Shown: positions 11,960-25,400 of the stretch, one piece after another
How the letters are laid out: every line of letters begins with the position of its first letter
How positions within the stretch are numbered: the stretch's first letter is position 1
Source of the DNA: Marsupella aquatica
Taxonomy: Eukaryota > Plantae > Marchantiophyta
DNA: 64,000 nt
Assembly (NCBI GenBank): GCA_973895155.1
Contig: OZ316896.1
Coordinates: forward strand, 15,748,576-15,812,575
Reading direction: 5' to 3'
Program-made: the position numbers and the translations under genes
Notes under the pieces: generated by a model
Databases searched by the model: none
What the model was told of the DNA's origin: nothing
What the model saw: only the letters and a program-made list of their open reading frames with translations

Positions 11960-14730
11960 TCTAAGTACACCATACACAAGTAGTTTCAACTCTCCACTTC
12001 TAGAGAGGTAGTCACCTTGATTACTTTTGCACTCCCACTCTTTCTCTCTCCTCTACTCCAAGGATTAGCAAGGGGGATATCCACTCCAAGCTGTCACCTT
12101 AGAGTAGACCCTAAAACAAACACCCAAGAACCCCAAGTACTTTTCTCTTCAAGCTTAAGTCCCCTCAAGATCCTCAAGGTAGTGTTACCCCTTAACCTTG
12201 CCCCCCTGGCCTTGGTTTGGGTCCACACACCCCCTTGAGCTCTAGAAAAACTCTTCTTGCAAAGAACTCTTCCTCTTGGTTCTCACACAAAGCAAGGTAC
12301 TTTCCACCCTCAAGATACAATCATCTCTAAACCCCAAAGTAGTGCTCCACCTTAACCTTGCCTCCCTGGCCTTGGTTGTGTACCAGCACATCCCCTTCAC
12401 GATTAGACCAAGATTGCATCCTAGCATGGACTCTTCTCTTGCTCTCAAACACTTCACATTTAGTCACACTTAGTGGTCACAATGAAGATTGGAAGAATCC
12501 TTTTATTGTATACTCAATCCTTACATAAAAGGTCACTACACACTCTCCACACTAAGTATGGACCTCCTTCCCCTTCTCAATCTTAGCCCCAACTTGCAAG
12601 GTAGAGCTTACACTTAAGAATGAGACTTCTGGTCCTCAACAAATGAAATCTTCCACCTTATATACTATTCTCCTTTCACACCACACCAAGTTTGACCTGG
12701 GGTCCAACTATACCTCCCCCAAGTCCTCCTAACACACCAAGTCCAAACTATAGTTCATAGCTCACTCTACAACCTATTGTTTGACTCCTTCCAAGCCCTG
12801 GAATATGCCACACATGAGTTGCATGCTTTGACCTCCAAACCTGCTCCCACTTATGGTCCTCTTCATCAGCTTTCCAACGCACTTGAAAGCTCGCAAAAAG
12901 AGTACTTGAGTCCAAAGTTATGCCTAGTCAAAGTTGACCTTATTTAACTTGTACCCCTTATACTACCCTAAGCAAACTACCCTCTATACTCACTTCTATT
13001 AACTTGATGGCCTTGCACCTTCGACCAAAGGTAAGTACCCTTCCCTAGAGCCTTACTAAAGTGGTATGGGTACCCAAAGTGTTTGGCCCTACATCTGGTA
13101 TTCATTCTCCCTTGGCAGCTCCCGTTTGCAAGCTAGCGGGACCCCCCATGGCGACGGTTTAAAATATCTCTGGGTATTTCTTTTCCTGGGTTTCTACCTT
13201 CACTCAATGATGCTTTACCTTCCCTTGAATCGACACAAAAAATATGGGCCCCAACGGATGCCTCTAGCTCAAGTTATGGCATTTTCCCTCTCTCAATCCC
13301 TTATGTGCAAAAGGGCTTCGAATTACACTGTCATAGGTCCCGGTTTACACTTATGTGTATACCAGGTGTCGACCTGAGAGAGTTCCTCATAAGGTCCAGT
13401 CTTTCCAGAAGCCATAGAGTTTAGCATCGTGCCTGATTGTGCAGCTGATTTGAGGATGATTCCTTGACTAATTGCTTGACTGATTTTTGCAGTAGCTTCT
13501 CCTTTGATTTATGACTGAGTCCCTTCTAATTGTTGGGCTGGATTGTGATTGATTTGCTCAGGAGTAGCCATAGCTCACAACTGCTGTAAATTGCAGCAGC
13601 TGGTCAATTCTCAGCACATGGATTCTCAATTGTCAGCCATTCTCTTTTGAATTTACTCAGCACAAGCTTACCTACCCGCAGATTGAATCAGCCAGCAGCA
13701 TCCACGTTTTCCTTGGCAGCAAGCTCTATAGCCTATGTAGTGCCTGTCCTTTCTAAATTTGTCAGCATCCAGGCAGAGATCACATTTACTAGACAACTGC
13801 TGCATCAATTTCACATTGCCTAAGTTAGCCGATCTCGTGCTGGAGCAACAATAGCCCACCATAGATTTTCCACCATGTGATTTCATAGTCTAATCACTCA
13901 ACTCGCAGCCGTCCTCGTGCTTAGACTCCTTCCTGCCTCGTGCTAGCCTCGTCGCATCCGCGTCGTCGCGTTTCCACACTTAGAAAAAATTTGGTTCTCT
14001 CGCGGGAGAAAACTTTGTACTAGCCCTTTTTAAAGCCATGCCAAAAATCACCCATAGGTCTAAAAGAACTTCTGAGCATAGTTATGGGATCCTTGGACAT
14101 AGGACTCCCTCCTGAATTTGTCAAAAGCACTAAATACCCCGCATTGACTTTTCTAAAAATACCTAAGTTTGCCCATATCTATAGGTTGCATTACTTTTCC
14201 CAATCTTTGAGGTGCTCCCAAAAACTAACCAAAGTTGATAAACTACTTCTTAGACTTTCAAGGGATATTATGGGCTATACTATACCCAATTTTAACCTCG
14301 AACCAAAAATATCTACCCCTTGGCTAATTTCTCCGGGACCCGCTAGATGGTTATTTTAAGTTTAGCCAAAATACTCATAATTCCTAGGTTGAGACCCTAC
14401 TTCACTTAATAATTTTTCAGGGTTCCCTAGGGACCTTCCCGCACCCATGGGAGAAATATTAGCCAAAAATGAGATGTCAGGTGTTGGGTCATTTTCCGGT
14501 CCCGACTTAGTCGCCTATCCTAACTAAGGAAAGAATATTTTCTGCCCTACCATAAAGACCTCACTTATTCCTTTACATCTTCTTAGAACAACATATTTTT
14601 CCCTTCCATGATTCCCTACTATCCTTCCTTAGTGACTTAGGGTTGCAAACCCTAAGTACTTTACTAATGCTAAAATGTATTTCTTACTATCCTTGTACAA
14701 AAAGCAAAAAAAAATGATGAGTTTCTTACA
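11960..14730. mobile_element. Long LTR-like segment (possible solo LTR)
   Basis: Ends T(C)TAAG...CTTACA, is non-coding and pyrimidine-skewed, and carries internal duplications and motifs common in long plant LTRs (CTTTCCAACG, CTCAAGTTATGGC). No TSD found. Confidence 0.4.
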
Positions 14731-15100
14731 TACCCTATTTTGAGCTAGTCCACAGGCTGTGTAATCCAAATCTTATGAAATATTTTGTGCAGATTAGGTA
14801 ACTTAGTTATACATTATTGAATCTGTCGTGGTAAAGTCGGCGACCCTCGTCGAGAGCATTTTCCAAGGCTTGACAAGTAGGAGTAGCAGTCTCTTGATGA
14901 TGTCTTCTCGGCGAGCATCGCCAAGGAATGACAATGGGTTCATGCTAACTTTTCTTATAAGCTCTCTTATTGGGCAAACATCTTGAGCTTCTGGTGGTCG
15001 CAACTGATCCCAAGGATTCTACACTGCATCACAATTCTCGTTGATTACTTCTTTCAAGGCTGACACCAACAACAGCCTAGTAGTAGTATCATCATAGATG

Positions 15101-15204
15101 ATGTCGACATGATGTTTACTAGAAGGAATGACAATATATGGGTTCCCGAGGAATAACAATATATGGGTTGTAGAATGTTATTCTAGTAAATATCATGTCG
15201 ACAT
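15101..15204. repeat. 24-bp inverted repeat enclosing a short direct repeat
   Basis: ATGTCGACATGATGTTTACTAGAA ... TTCTAGTAAATATCATGTCGACAT (1 mismatch); the loop holds 2x GGAAT(G/A)ACAATATATGGGTT. Confidence 0.8.
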
Positions 15205-16536
15205 TATGTCGACGACTTCTTTGACATTCTGACTATGGTCGCCTAAAATTGTACGAACATCGTCTTTATGCTTATTGCTTTGCATTTCAAGACCGTAAAC
15301 CCTGAATCAGAGATGTTTGCGAGTTTGCCAAGATGTCTGGGCCAATCTGAGCACAGTCACCAACATGCAGGTAAGTGTTAAGCATGACGAGCAATTATTC
15401 ATATCAGTGACTGATGTCAGTTATCAATCACTGATAACTGATGATGTACCATTCTATACTGTCATATTCACTTACATGGCCTTATGATAGTTTACACCGG
15501 TTGTGAACGTATAAACTTCCGGCAAAGGACCTTACTGCATGAATATAAACCACCCACGATGTTACACCGGCCACTTGAACTGGCCGCCCGTCTCTGTAAA
15601 TAATTCGCATTGAACTGTGTACAGTAAAACATTGAATTGTTCAATGTGCAAATATGGTTGGATTTTTTTTATAAATTTCCAAGAAAATATAAAATAGCAC
15701 AACGACCATAAATTAAAAAAAAAAGTAGCAACAAGAGGGGGAAAAACACGGCCTACACAAAAGACTGTACATGAGGAGCACAAGGGAAAAAAACGTGTAG
15801 CACACAGAATGCGTAAAAAAAATTTACCAACAACCAAAGAACAAAGAGCATGTAAAAAAACACAACCAAAGTCACCCATAGGATGAGTGACATGTAACCA
15901 TGCCAAAATCACAAGTACCGTGTACAATATGTTGTCACGGGTTTTTTTGTCTTTCCGCCCGTTGCTTGTTTTTTCCAGCCACTCGTACAATATCCATACT
16001 GAAATCTGTATTTGAATGCACGATGCTCATAAAACAAAGTTTTTCATATGCGAGCCCTTTGCAAAAAAAAATTGCACTGACGTGATAGAGTGAAAAAACA
16101 ATGTTACTTCGTCATCGACGACAAGGAAGAAAACACTATTTCAAAGCCACTAGAGAATTTTTACTCCGCAGATATTATAAATTTTCATCTCAAATGAAAT
16201 TAAATGATTTAATTGTAATGCACACACTAGAAATGTTTTTCTTCGCTCTGCACATATATATGTCATAGCATGGTTTTTGTGTGTCTATTGGGTGTGTGTG
16301 TTTTTCGGTGTGTATAATTTTTTCCCCAATATGTTTGGTGCGTGCTATTTTTTTTCCCCCCAAAATATGTTTGGTGTGCCCGATTTGTTGGCCAACAATG
16401 TTTGTTGCATTTTTTTTGTACCCCATGATTATATCTTACTATTAAATTACAAACAAGAGCAAGAGTTGTGGCCTAAGCTTCTAGAGTGAAGTCTCTAGAG
16501 AGTGACTCTAGGACCCCACCAAAATTTGCAAATGGA

Positions 16537-16730
16537 CCCTGCCCGAGCGCCTCACGTTTCTTCATCATTGCCCGGCATTGTTTCCGCCCTGCCCGAGTGC
16601 CTCACGCTTCTTCATCATTGCCCTACATTGTTTCCGCCCTGCCCGAGCGCCTCACGCTTCTTCATCATTGCCCTGCATTGTTTCCGCCCTGCCCGTTACT
16701 TCCGCCCTGCCCTTTACTTCCGCCCTGCCC
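16537..16730. repeat. GC-rich tandem repeat: 3 x 50 bp followed by 18-bp subunits
   Basis: CCCTGCCCGAGCGCCTCACGCTTCTTCATCATTGCCC... starts at 16537, 16587 and 16637, then (CCCTGCCC.TTACTTCCG)n. Confidence 0.9.
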
Positions 16731-16974
16731 TTCTCCATCATGATTGTGCCCAAGGAGAGTCCCGTCGCCCACGTACAATCGTACTGCATTATTCTATTCA
16801 GGAACGCAGGTGATCGATCCGTCGTTCCAGCAGGTGTTGTTTGGATCAGCAGCACGCATGGCGATCAATGTTGAGGAGAATTGCAGCCCTTGCCGCCGAT
16901 CGCAGCAGTGCTGCAGCTTCAGGGCCAACTACGAAGAAGGCAGGTCAAGAGAGAGTTGTCCGCAGTCTCGTAAG

Positions 16975-17144
16975 CCATTGAATTAGCTGTACAGAGCTGA
17001 AGTCATGCGATGTCGAGTTTAATGTGAGATCTGGATTTCAGTTGGAGGGGCGGACAGTCTCGCGGGCCATTCAATTAGGTGTACAGAGCTGAAGACATGC
17101 GATGTCGAGTTTAATGTGAGATCTGGAGATCAGTTGGAGGGGCG
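16975..17144. repeat. Tandem duplication (~92-bp unit) just upstream of the DUF616 start codon
   Basis: CCATT.AATTAG.TGTACAGAGCTGAAG.CATGCGATGTCGAGTTTAATGTGAGATCTGGA...GGAGGGGCG occurs twice. Confidence 0.85.
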
Positions 17145-17153
17145 AGAGGAATC

Positions 17154-20100
17154 ATGACTCCGGAGTTGTCTTCCTCCCAGTCTCTTCTGTCTTCACACGA
17201 TGGGAGTGGTGGGCACATTGATCGGGAAAATGGTGGAATTGGTGGAATTGGGACAGAGCGGGGGTATTCGTTGGCGGTGGAGGACGATGCGGGGTCGGAT
17301 GATGCAGCTGAGAAACAATGGAGAACGAAGTGGAAGAAACGCGGGATTAGATTCTCGTTCTGGCGCACGATCTGCGCACGGAAGCTTCAGATAGGTGTCC
17401 TGAGTGTGGTCGCATTGATCGTGCTTTTCCAGGTCCGCCGTCTTTCTCTCGACCGTACATCGTCTACAAGTATATTCTCCTTCTCTACTACTTTGAATTG
17501 TTGCTAAGATGTCGTTGTTCCCCTTTCTCTCAGTTTCCTTTGCTCGATTTGTTCTGAAGGGGTTCGAGTCAGCTAGGTTTCGGTTTTGGTCCTCCTGTTC
17601 GCAGTTTAGAGGTGTTGCGCAATGCCGCCTTCACATTCGCCTCGAACCTCTTTTTGGGATGAATATTACCACGAATCCGGTCATTCGGTATCTAGTTTTT
17701 CGGGTCATCTTCATGAATGCCCCACGAAGTTGTCTACAACAGTTTTGTATTCGCTGATGAAGTGCAGGTGGCGGCTGGGAAGGAAGATCTACACAAGAAG
17801 CTCTCCAGATGAAGGGGACGGATGAGAAACTGAGCAAATTAAACAACACGGATATGACGTACCGCAAAGGAGTAGGCAATTGTTCTTGCTGTATCCAACC
17901 TCTAGTGACAAGTTTTCTATCTGATATCTTGCGAATTAGTTTCTTGAATTTGGTCGTTGAATTTGTCAACTATTAAGCCAATGCCCAAAATCACCCCAGA
18001 AGTTGTAGCTCAATCTCTATATTCTTTTGACACGTTCTTCCGGGCCAGACGAACTGTTGATGCGGAAAATTTGTTCAGTAATAAGTATGACCTTAATATG
18101 CCTTGGATGTTTCACGTTCGTCTGATGTAGGAATTCAATTCTAGCCAGTGTTAGTATGTTTCAGTAACTCGAGTCGTGTCACCGGGATTCAGTCTCCATC
18201 TGATGCAGATGTTTTTCGGAGTAGTTCAAGAATGTTTTTGTTCTGTTTATACTGGAATACAGGTGATTATGAAGTTGCACGATGGCTGTCAGAGTGCTTG
18301 AAGGTCTAGGTTTTCAGAGGTCCTGATAATGGCTATTCGGTGGTTCTGTTTGTGTAGCATGCCTAAATCTGCTTCCGGTTGAAGAATTGGCGCACTTTAA
18401 ACTTCCATCCTCCAGCACTCCAGGGCCAGTGGAAAATCTACAGTATGTTGAGCGGAAATCGTTTGTTAGTCGGTTGGAAGAACGAGAAATTGCTGTAGCT
18501 AGTTCATTCACTGGAAATCAGACCTTTGAGGAAAGAGCCAGTAGCTTTGAGGTGATCCATTAATTCTTTGCTTTTCCTTTGTCAGACTACTTGCGAAGTT
18601 GTCAGCCAGTTTTTCTAATTTGGTACCAATATTGAACAACATTTTTAGGAACAGAGAAAACTTCCAAGTTCTAGAATCGCTTATGCAGGCTACGTCTATT
18701 CACTGGACTTGCGGTTTTGCAGAGAATTGTTTCTCTTGCATACGGGGTTTGGGCTCAACATCTAGTCTCGCGCATTCTGTTACTAACTGGAGACTATCTG
18801 CCCTATTGTGTAGGTGCAAGCTACAATGAAAGTGCATTGTGGTTTCTGTGACGGAGACAACGAATTTTACATCGATGCTAGAGACAAGGCATTTTTAGCT
18901 GAGTGTACAATTGTTGTATTGACCTGCACGTTTGGTGGGGGTGATGATCTATATCAGCCCATTGGCATGACAGAGGCTTCACTATCTCAGGTACAGGCTT
19001 TGAACTGATCATGCATGTTAGCTACTCATCAGGCAAACATACTGTAGAAAAGTGCATTCCATTTCAAGTCGAGGGATGATTAATGATGCAAGGGAACTTT
19101 TATTTCTGAATTATCTTGTATTTGCTGATAGGGCTGCCTTGTATTGCATTGTTAGAGTAGTTGCTCTTACGAGTATCGACATTTCATTCAGATTCTCATC
19201 ACTAAACAGTTTAGGAGATCAGGTTTGCTATGTTGCGTTCTGGGATGAAGTTACTCTGGAACTTCAAGCCGCGAAAGGGCAGGACCCTGATCTTCAAACT
19301 CGTCAAGTAGGACTCTGGCGTGTGGTGGTTGTGCAAAATCTTCCCTTTCCTGATCAAAGGCGTAATGGGAAGATCCCTAAGGTTTGTTCAAGTATTTCTA
19401 TTCTACATCCTGTCGTATAAGTGTGATCTGCAAAGACTTTTCGCTTTATTTGCTGTTGCTTTTTTCTGAAAGGGGTCAACTTTCACCTTTTCCAATGGTT
19501 TATAGATTCTTGCAATCCTCCGTTTGGTTGAACCACAACACATCTCTGTGCACGTCTGCAATTTCCAGCACCGTGGGCCACTGCGTTGCTATATTGACTA
19601 GAAACGTATTTTCCTGTGCAGCTTTTGAACCACCGGTTATTTCCACAAGCGAGATACTCCATTTGGGTGGACTCAAAATCCCAATTCAGACGAGATCCCA
19701 TAGGGGTCATTGAAGCTCTCCTAGTGCGGCCGAACTCTGTGTTCGCAATATCAGAGCACGGAGGTCGTAGCTGTGTCTTCAAAGAAGGAGAAGCGATTGT
19801 GAAAAAGAACAAGGCTTTACCTGAAGAAGTTGCCATACAACTTGACTGGTATCGCAAAGAAAATTTCCCAGAAAATGCACAGTATGATGGTCACAAAGGT
19901 GACATATCCTATCCTAGTCTTGAGTTTCCTTTTTGATACTTACCTGAATGAAAAGGATCTTTGTAGATAAACATGCACGGTCCCGTCTCTGGTCTTAGTT
20001 CCCACCACCCAGCTCCGCCCCCCCGGCTCTTGGCCTCAAATCCACTGCAGACGCGTGTCAATGATTAGTCTGTAGAACACCATAGTTGGCTTTTGAAACA

Positions 20101-20467
20101 TCTGTAATTAGCTATTATATTGTTGGTTTTTCCCCAACACAAATCTTATTATTGTTAGGTATCAATGTTACTACGTAGGTGAGAAGTTTGAGATTGATGT
20201 ATTCCCTTGTGTATTTGATGTGCAGCATTGGCCGAGGCATCCGTGATAGTTCGGGAGCACACACCCCTTACGAACCTATTCATGTGCAATTGGTTCAATG
20301 AAGTAATGCGTTTCACTGCCCGTGATCAATTAAGTTTTCCATATGTACTCGTCAAACTAAAGGTGATGCACCCCAACATGTTCACTATCTGTACTCGAAG
20401 GGCTCTTGTGAACAGTCTTGGCCATACAGGTAAGAAGCCAAAACCCCTCAATACCAAGTGGACTTGA
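17154..20467 (+). CDS. DUF616 family (MUCI70-like) probable glycosyltransferase; multi-exon type II membrane protein
   Basis: N-terminal TM segment (IGVLSVVALIVLF). Exons at about 17154-1745x, 17768-17871, 18358-18551, 18815-18990, 19223-19381, 19622-19898 and 20226-20467 encode FTGNQTFEER, VHCGF, TFGGGDDLYQP, VCYVAFWDE, WRVVVVQNLPFPDQRRNGKIPK, HRLFPQARYSIWVDSK and CNWFNEVMRFTARDQLSFPY. Introns are GT-AG; the first two junctions are uncertain. Confidence 0.9.
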
Positions 20468-20802
20468 TGGTCGTCTTCAGTGTTCATATTCACCATTTGA
20501 GCTTCACGATCTGAGCAATCAAACTTCACTGCCTTTACAACATGCAAGACCAGCAAAACTAGTTCCACGTGCATCTTGAGTTCTTTATTATGCTGTATGG
20601 AAAAGCAGTGGCAAGTCAAATATAGCGTGTGTGCAAGTTAGCCAATCTGAGTCTCCAGTGGCTGAGCTTTAAGTGATGAATATAAGTCTTGAGATTCATT
20701 TTAGGGGAAGAGGATCGCTTGTCCCTGTTGTAGTCTCGTATTCATGTAGAGTGGCATCGTTGGAAAACGGTGCCTGAAGGTAAGAATCTGCCGAATTTGG
20801 TA

Positions 20803-20887
20803 CAGTAGTGTCAGGAGATTTCTTAGCCCAAAATATATTTAAAAAATGATGTCCAAATTTGGACTAAGAAATCTCCCGCCACTACTG
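20803..20887. mobile_element. 85-bp Tc1/mariner-type MITE-like hairpin
   Basis: TA|CAGTAGTGTCAGGAGATTTCTTAGCCCAAA ... TTTGGACTAAGAAATCTCCCGCCACTACTG|TA: ~30-bp arms with 3 mismatches, TA on both sides and CAGT termini. Confidence 0.7.
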
Positions 20888-21112
20888 TACCGAGGTGCTA
20901 TTCCCAAAGAGTGCTGATATGTAATAAATTATTATCCATTTCAAATCATTTGATTCAGCTTTTATGTTTTGTAAGTTGTTTGGCCAGCAGCCATGAGAGA
21001 TACATCATGGAGATAACATTGGCTGGGCCTGTTTTGTGCTCTTTGATCGAGTCACTCATGTATAATTAGTGGTGAATTTTGGCTAGTTGATTGGACAATG
21101 GAAAGGTGCTCG

Positions 21113-21295
21113 AACACCGCCAGTATGGAAAGTTCCTAGCGTTAATTGTGTTCGAGGTTCGCCTATAGATTTTCTTGCAATAATTGTGTTCGAGGCTCGC
21201 CAATAAATTGTCCTGCAATGATACCCACAGCACCTACTTCTACCAAATTGCCCATCGTAGAGCTCCTTCCATAATAGGATTGACAGACCCAAAGC
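21113..21295 (-). pseudogene. rpoC2: Old plastid-derived rpoC2 fragment (NUPT) with internal tandem duplication
   Basis: Translates [37 protein letters not shown], then again [23 protein letters not shown]. This matches the RpoC2 motif C..CYG......[32 protein letters not shown]. Confidence 0.85.
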
Positions 21296-22234
21296 ATTTT
21301 GAAGACTCTTTTAGTATGCAGACTTCCTTCCCTTGGATATATGGATAACTATCGCCCTTTATATGGAAGTTCAACGGAAATCACGGCACTGAAATATATG
21401 CGTTCTGCATAGCCTATTATGGCAGGCCAGGCTTTGGTGAGTGGTAAAGGGTTTGGATGTACACTCAATTGGGCCGCCACACAAGTTTATAAGTGCTTTG
21501 TGTAAGCGAGGACTTTTGTACACCTACATGAACATTTGCAATTTTTTGCACGGACCAGATGAGCACCAATGGCCAGACGTGCACCAGACCATTGAAGACA
21601 TACTTTTTGACTACGTCCAGGAGAAGCATTATGTTACCTCAAATCTAGTCGACCAAAAATTTGGACCCGACCAAGAGATACCCTCAGGGTCCCCAAACTG
21701 AATTTGTTTCTGTATCTAAACAAACAATTCGATGTACTTGGATGCTTTTGCGGTCGAAGACATTTTCCCTTGAGACGGGAACCAAGCCACTCTAACAAGA
21801 CACCTTAGCAAAGACTTCTGGTGGCCGTCAAGAATCGTCTGACGTGAAGACTGGGAACGTGAATTGGAGCTGCACATCTTCGCTTCTTTCCTCGACCACT
21901 CCAAATTGCTTTAGCTTTCCCTCTATCGCATTCTTTGCCATCAGAGCCGAAGATTTCTGCAATAACCTACAATACAGCAACGTCCAGCGACTCTTATAAC
22001 ACTCATCAGATACCACGAGTATACCTATTTCGATTCTTTTCATGTATCTCCTGAAATACTGACACAAGGATCCCAAATATCATGTTCATCTAATGACGCC
22101 ATTGACTAAAATCTAATTTTGTTGCATTTTCAGGAGCCTACGGGCCATGAATTGTAGAAAAGAAGGATTATACGTTCACCACGAATATGTCACCAGTGGT
22201 ACAAACAACCTTTAACATTGTAGCCTCTCCCGTG

Positions 22235-22357
22235 TATGAAATCCTTCATTGAAAAAGTTGCACATCTTGGGGATGGACAATTCATGTGTCAAGTTTATGA
22301 AATCCCTCATTGCAAAAGTTGCATTTCTTGGGGATGGACAATTCATGTGTCAAGTTC
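22235..22357. repeat. Tandem duplication (~61 bp) in the LTV1 3' UTR region
   Basis: TATGAAATCC.TCATTG.AAAAGTTGCA..TCTTGGGGATGGACAATTCATGTGTCAAGTT occurs twice. Confidence 0.85.
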
Positions 22358-22414
22358 TTGACTTGTGAGCCACTGAGGACAACTTTATTCATCTTACAAC
22401 AACTGCCCCCACAT

Positions 22415-25400
22415 CTACGGTAGATGGATGGCGTTGGGGCCCATTGTTGCAGCCCCATGCTGAGCTCTCTGAGCTTCATCTTTATAACATAGCTTGAGGC
22501 TCTTCTTTGCTAAGCGTGCCTCTCTCCTATTTTCTTTTATTGATGCCTGCAAGGGAGACCACAAGAAGTCAGAATTTGTTTCCATGCGCAGAAATGCTTT
22601 CTCACCTTCGTCACAACATCGGATCAAGCAAAGCCATCAAGTCCTTCTATCAAGGGCAAGGCAATCTTAACCGAGAGATGAATCGACATTGTCAAACGGT
22701 TAGCCAAGTGGCTCTTAAATCCAGTTATGAACACGCTCCCATAGGGGAGATGGGAACAGGAGAATTACCTTCCGAGCTTTCTTCTCTTCGGGTGTCTCAC
22801 CAGCTCGAGGGCCTGCTACCTTTGCAGAAGAAATGCCTTCCTTACGAACAGGCTTCCCACCCTGCCTGTCTTCGTCTCCTCGCTTTGGGAGATAATCTAC
22901 AGGCAAACGCTGCTTTCCACTTAACCGAATGATTTCAGCTTTTTCTATGCCTTGCAAGTAAGGCCTGAGTTTCGATTTTCCAGGGGCACTAATTTTAGCT
23001 GGATGATTGTCCAGGTTCGAATACGTTGACACTACAGTTTCACAATCCCACTCGTCTCTATCCTCCTCACTTTCCAGTACCAGAGCCACGTCCTCGCCTT
23101 CGGAATCACGGTGCCCCAACTCTAAAGTCTTTTTCACAACAATATCCTCAACTCCTACATTTACAACCATATCGGTATTAGCTGTTTTTCCTCCAACGGT
23201 ATCAGAGTTGCTCGATTCACGGGTGCCAGGAATTCTGTGAGACTCAGCTATGGTCTCATACTTTTCTGAGTAGATGTCCTTGTCGTCTAAGAATTCTGAT
23301 AGAACACTGCTGAATTGAGAGATATCGGCATGACCTCTTGCAAGAGGATCATCATCCTCCAGGTCCCCATCATCGAAGTCATCATACTCATTCAACGCCA
23401 ACTGCACAGAAACAGAGCATACAAGTAGATTGAATACCATTCTTACATACGGAATCAGTGACAGTTTGAGTGTCCTGGACTCAAAGTCTTGCCAGTTCGT
23501 TGTACTCGGGGTCGTCCCAGAGAAAACAAGGACTGCATATGTCCTCCTTCGATGATACAATAAGTGTGAAGAAATCTATGACACTTTAGAACCATTTCAC
23601 CTGTGCGCCAACAAGCCTACAAAGATGCGATTCGCTTCTAAGCAGGGGCACGCAACCAGGAGATGGTTGCTCTCCCTTACCGGTACCCTCTCTCCTTTGA
23701 ATATTACTAGTCGGGTGTACGTCCAGATGAAAACTGAAGACAGGACGAAAACCTACGCGAAGGAAAGCAGACTACAAACTAGATCAACGGAAGAGAGAAG
23801 ACAAGCAAAAAGGACCCAAAAGAAACATACTAGAACATAGTAAGAAACATGCATTGCATGTACAACTTTCCAGACAACTGACGGCGGAAATGATTTTAGA
23901 GGATTCGACAAGCCACGAGGGTACACGCGAACCGTCGGACATCCAAAATGGAAGTTGGAAACTGACCGTCTCAAATTGCTCATCTAACAGCCGAGTAGGT
24001 CGCTCTCTGTGGGGCCGTCCAGGTAAGTCCCCAAGTTCGTCATCCCCTTCGTCGTCATAAATCTCTTCGCCGTCATCAAATTCTTCAGGTCTCTGCTTTT
24101 GACTAGCACCGTCCTGACCACGTCCACTGGATGTTGTGGCACAATCATTTGACCGAGATGCTTGTCCTTCCTCAGCAACACTCGCCACGATCACAAACTC
24201 ATCTTCCAACTCATCGGCTGAGTCGAACTGTGAACCCTCACTATTTTCCAGGGCCGCAATGATATCAGCATCCAGCACACCATCCTTAGATAAAGGCTTT
24301 CTAACCGGCCGTGTACTTGAACTGACCAGCTCAATGATTTCATTTGTTGCAGCCTCTTCAACTTCAGCCACAGGTTGGACATCAACCTTGGATGCATCAT
24401 AAGCCTGGTGACATAAAGCAACAACAGAAACAAATTGTCAACACCAAATTAAAACGGACTTCGAAGAGTAACACAACCTGGCGGCAACTAAATTTATTGA
24501 TCCTTAACTGAAGCTACAAAAAAGCTTCCCCGCTTCCTTTCCACCATAGGCCCACCAGACAGTTGCAGAGATGAATTCAGAGAACGATAGTTTACCCTAG
24601 AGCTAAGTTTTTTTGACAACAGATCTTGAGCACAGCGGACAAAGATCAATTCCCCATCCACAAACTATTGGGCAATATACCTTTTTCTACGAGGCTCCCA
24701 TGCGATTTCACAGCCCCAAACCCCAACATTAAAAAGACAATCTTTCACTCAAGAACCAGACTTTTCCAAACGACTTCTCAACGAGGGGATGGAAGAGAGA
24801 ATTGACCTCCCTGAAGCTTTCGAAATTCAGAGCTGACAAGGAACCAGTAACAATGCATCCGACGCCCTAGACAGAAGCAACTGACTTAACGAATGCCACG
24901 AAAACTGAACAAAATGCGCACGGGAGACGATACAATTCAGTTCAATTTCATCAGCTGCGGGGAGAGGGCAAATCACAATCATCTGTTTTATACGGTAGTT
25001 CCGTTAAGACTCCACCCATATCTATCATCCCCTCTCTATGGAAAACTTGGATGCGGACAAGGGCGGAGAAATGTTCAGCAAACAGGCCAAAAAATTTGCA
25101 ATTCATCACATTCAAAAGATCAAACAAAGGCCAAAAAATCTTTACGCCATACCGCATTTTGCAAGGGGATGTAAGAGAATACAGTAATTACCCGAATGTC
25201 AGCGCGGAGAGGGTCAGCGGCACGAGTGGAGGGCACGAACGCAGCACCGGCGCCCGTCGAAGCGATGCTCCGCATGTGCTGGTTATAATCGTATCCATCG
25301 TCGGGAAAACCGAGCTCAACGAGCTCTCGTCTCAAATTCTCCGCAAGCCCGCTACCCCGCGATCCTGCCCTCTTTCCAGCTGCCGCCTTAGAATCCTTCT

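Noticed and set aside
15490-16480. A-rich then T-rich segment suggesting a foldback element; ORFs 15562-15990 and 16190-16489
   Set aside because: No alignable inverted arms or TSD found by eye; the ORFs are low-complexity by-products.
21083-21292. Functional RNA polymerase subunit gene
   Set aside because: Only a ~180-bp fragment with frameshift and substitutions in invariant residues.
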